From an uncultured virus (IMG/VR IMGVR_UViG_3300034013_000894) (taxonomy: Duplodnaviria > Heunggongvirae > Uroviricota > Caudoviricetes), in IMG/VR virus record IMGVR_UViG_3300034013_000894: a stretch of DNA of 64,000 nucleotides; one strand, written 5' to 3'. A program made the translations under genes and the position numbers. Below the pieces are notes generated by a model. That model worked only from the letters and a program-made list of their open reading frames with translations, was not told the DNA's origin and searched no databases. How positions within the stretch are numbered: the first letter of the stretch is position 1; each line of letters begins with the position of its first letter. Below, piece after piece: positions 63,667 through 64,000 of this stretch.

Positions 63667-64000
63667 AATAATATCCTTTTATTTGCTAGAATTAGTAAGT
63701 GTTTACAAAACAGTCAGCTGCGCACAAACTCGATTTTTACGTCGACGTCCTCCGGCTCCTCTTCGCGGAGCATGCAAGCCATGTCTATTGCGGCTTGAGC
63801 ACAGTCACCCTCATAGGGCACAGTGGACCAATCGCCGCTACGGACTACTACTTTATATATCATTTGCTTGCCTTTCTGCAGCATTAGTTAGTTGCTTGAA
63901 ACGAAGTTAGTCAGATTAGAGCAGTTTCAAGACATGTCTTGCAGTCGCTCAAGTGTTCGTTTGTTCGTTTCAATACATACTTTATAGCTCAAAACGCAGG

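Noticed and set aside
1..64000. Temperate lifestyle or prophage boundaries
   Set aside because: No integrase, CI-like repressor, ParA or host chromosomal genes recognised; the genome continues beyond the window, so this is not fully excluded.

Overview
This 64-kb window is most of the genome of a lytic long-tailed dsDNA phage, probably infecting an alphaproteobacterium. Evidence for that host: a permuted two-piece tmRNA, a CtrA-like DNA-binding domain and a GTA-like tail domain. No integrase is visible. Layout: 1-26.9 kb (+) holds packaging, head, tail and lysis genes and a T5 A1-like protein. 26.9-47.6 kb (-) holds nucleotide metabolism and replication genes (NrdAB, dCMP deaminase, ThyA-fold enzyme, MazG-kinase fusion, helicase, PolA, TopoVI-A-like protein, SSB, DUF2800) plus an ncRNA operon. 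47.7-51.8 kb (+) holds a primase-helicase, a NADAR-like protein, a P-loop kinase and an HNH. 51.8-64 kb (-) holds a ligase, RtcB and many small early genes driven by TTTACA-N17-YATAAT-like promoters. Highlights: (1) a self-contained RNA operon of permuted tmRNA (tag VNDNDMFEDVRLAA), an unassigned 110-nt rod-shaped RNA and tRNA-Pro, in a genome that also encodes RtcB; (2) a thymidylate-synthase homolog with the Asn-to-Asp dCMP-specificity switch, implying a cytosine-modified genome; (3) a receiver-less CtrA-like regulator; (4) paired GNGAY-loop hairpins in both the scaffold and capsid leaders; (5) a gene-32-like pseudoknot before the SSB; (6) a nested-palindrome iteron array (candidate origin); (7) a five-member paralogous 'EFPxAxTS' domain family. 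All family assignments come from motif recognition by eye, not from database searches.
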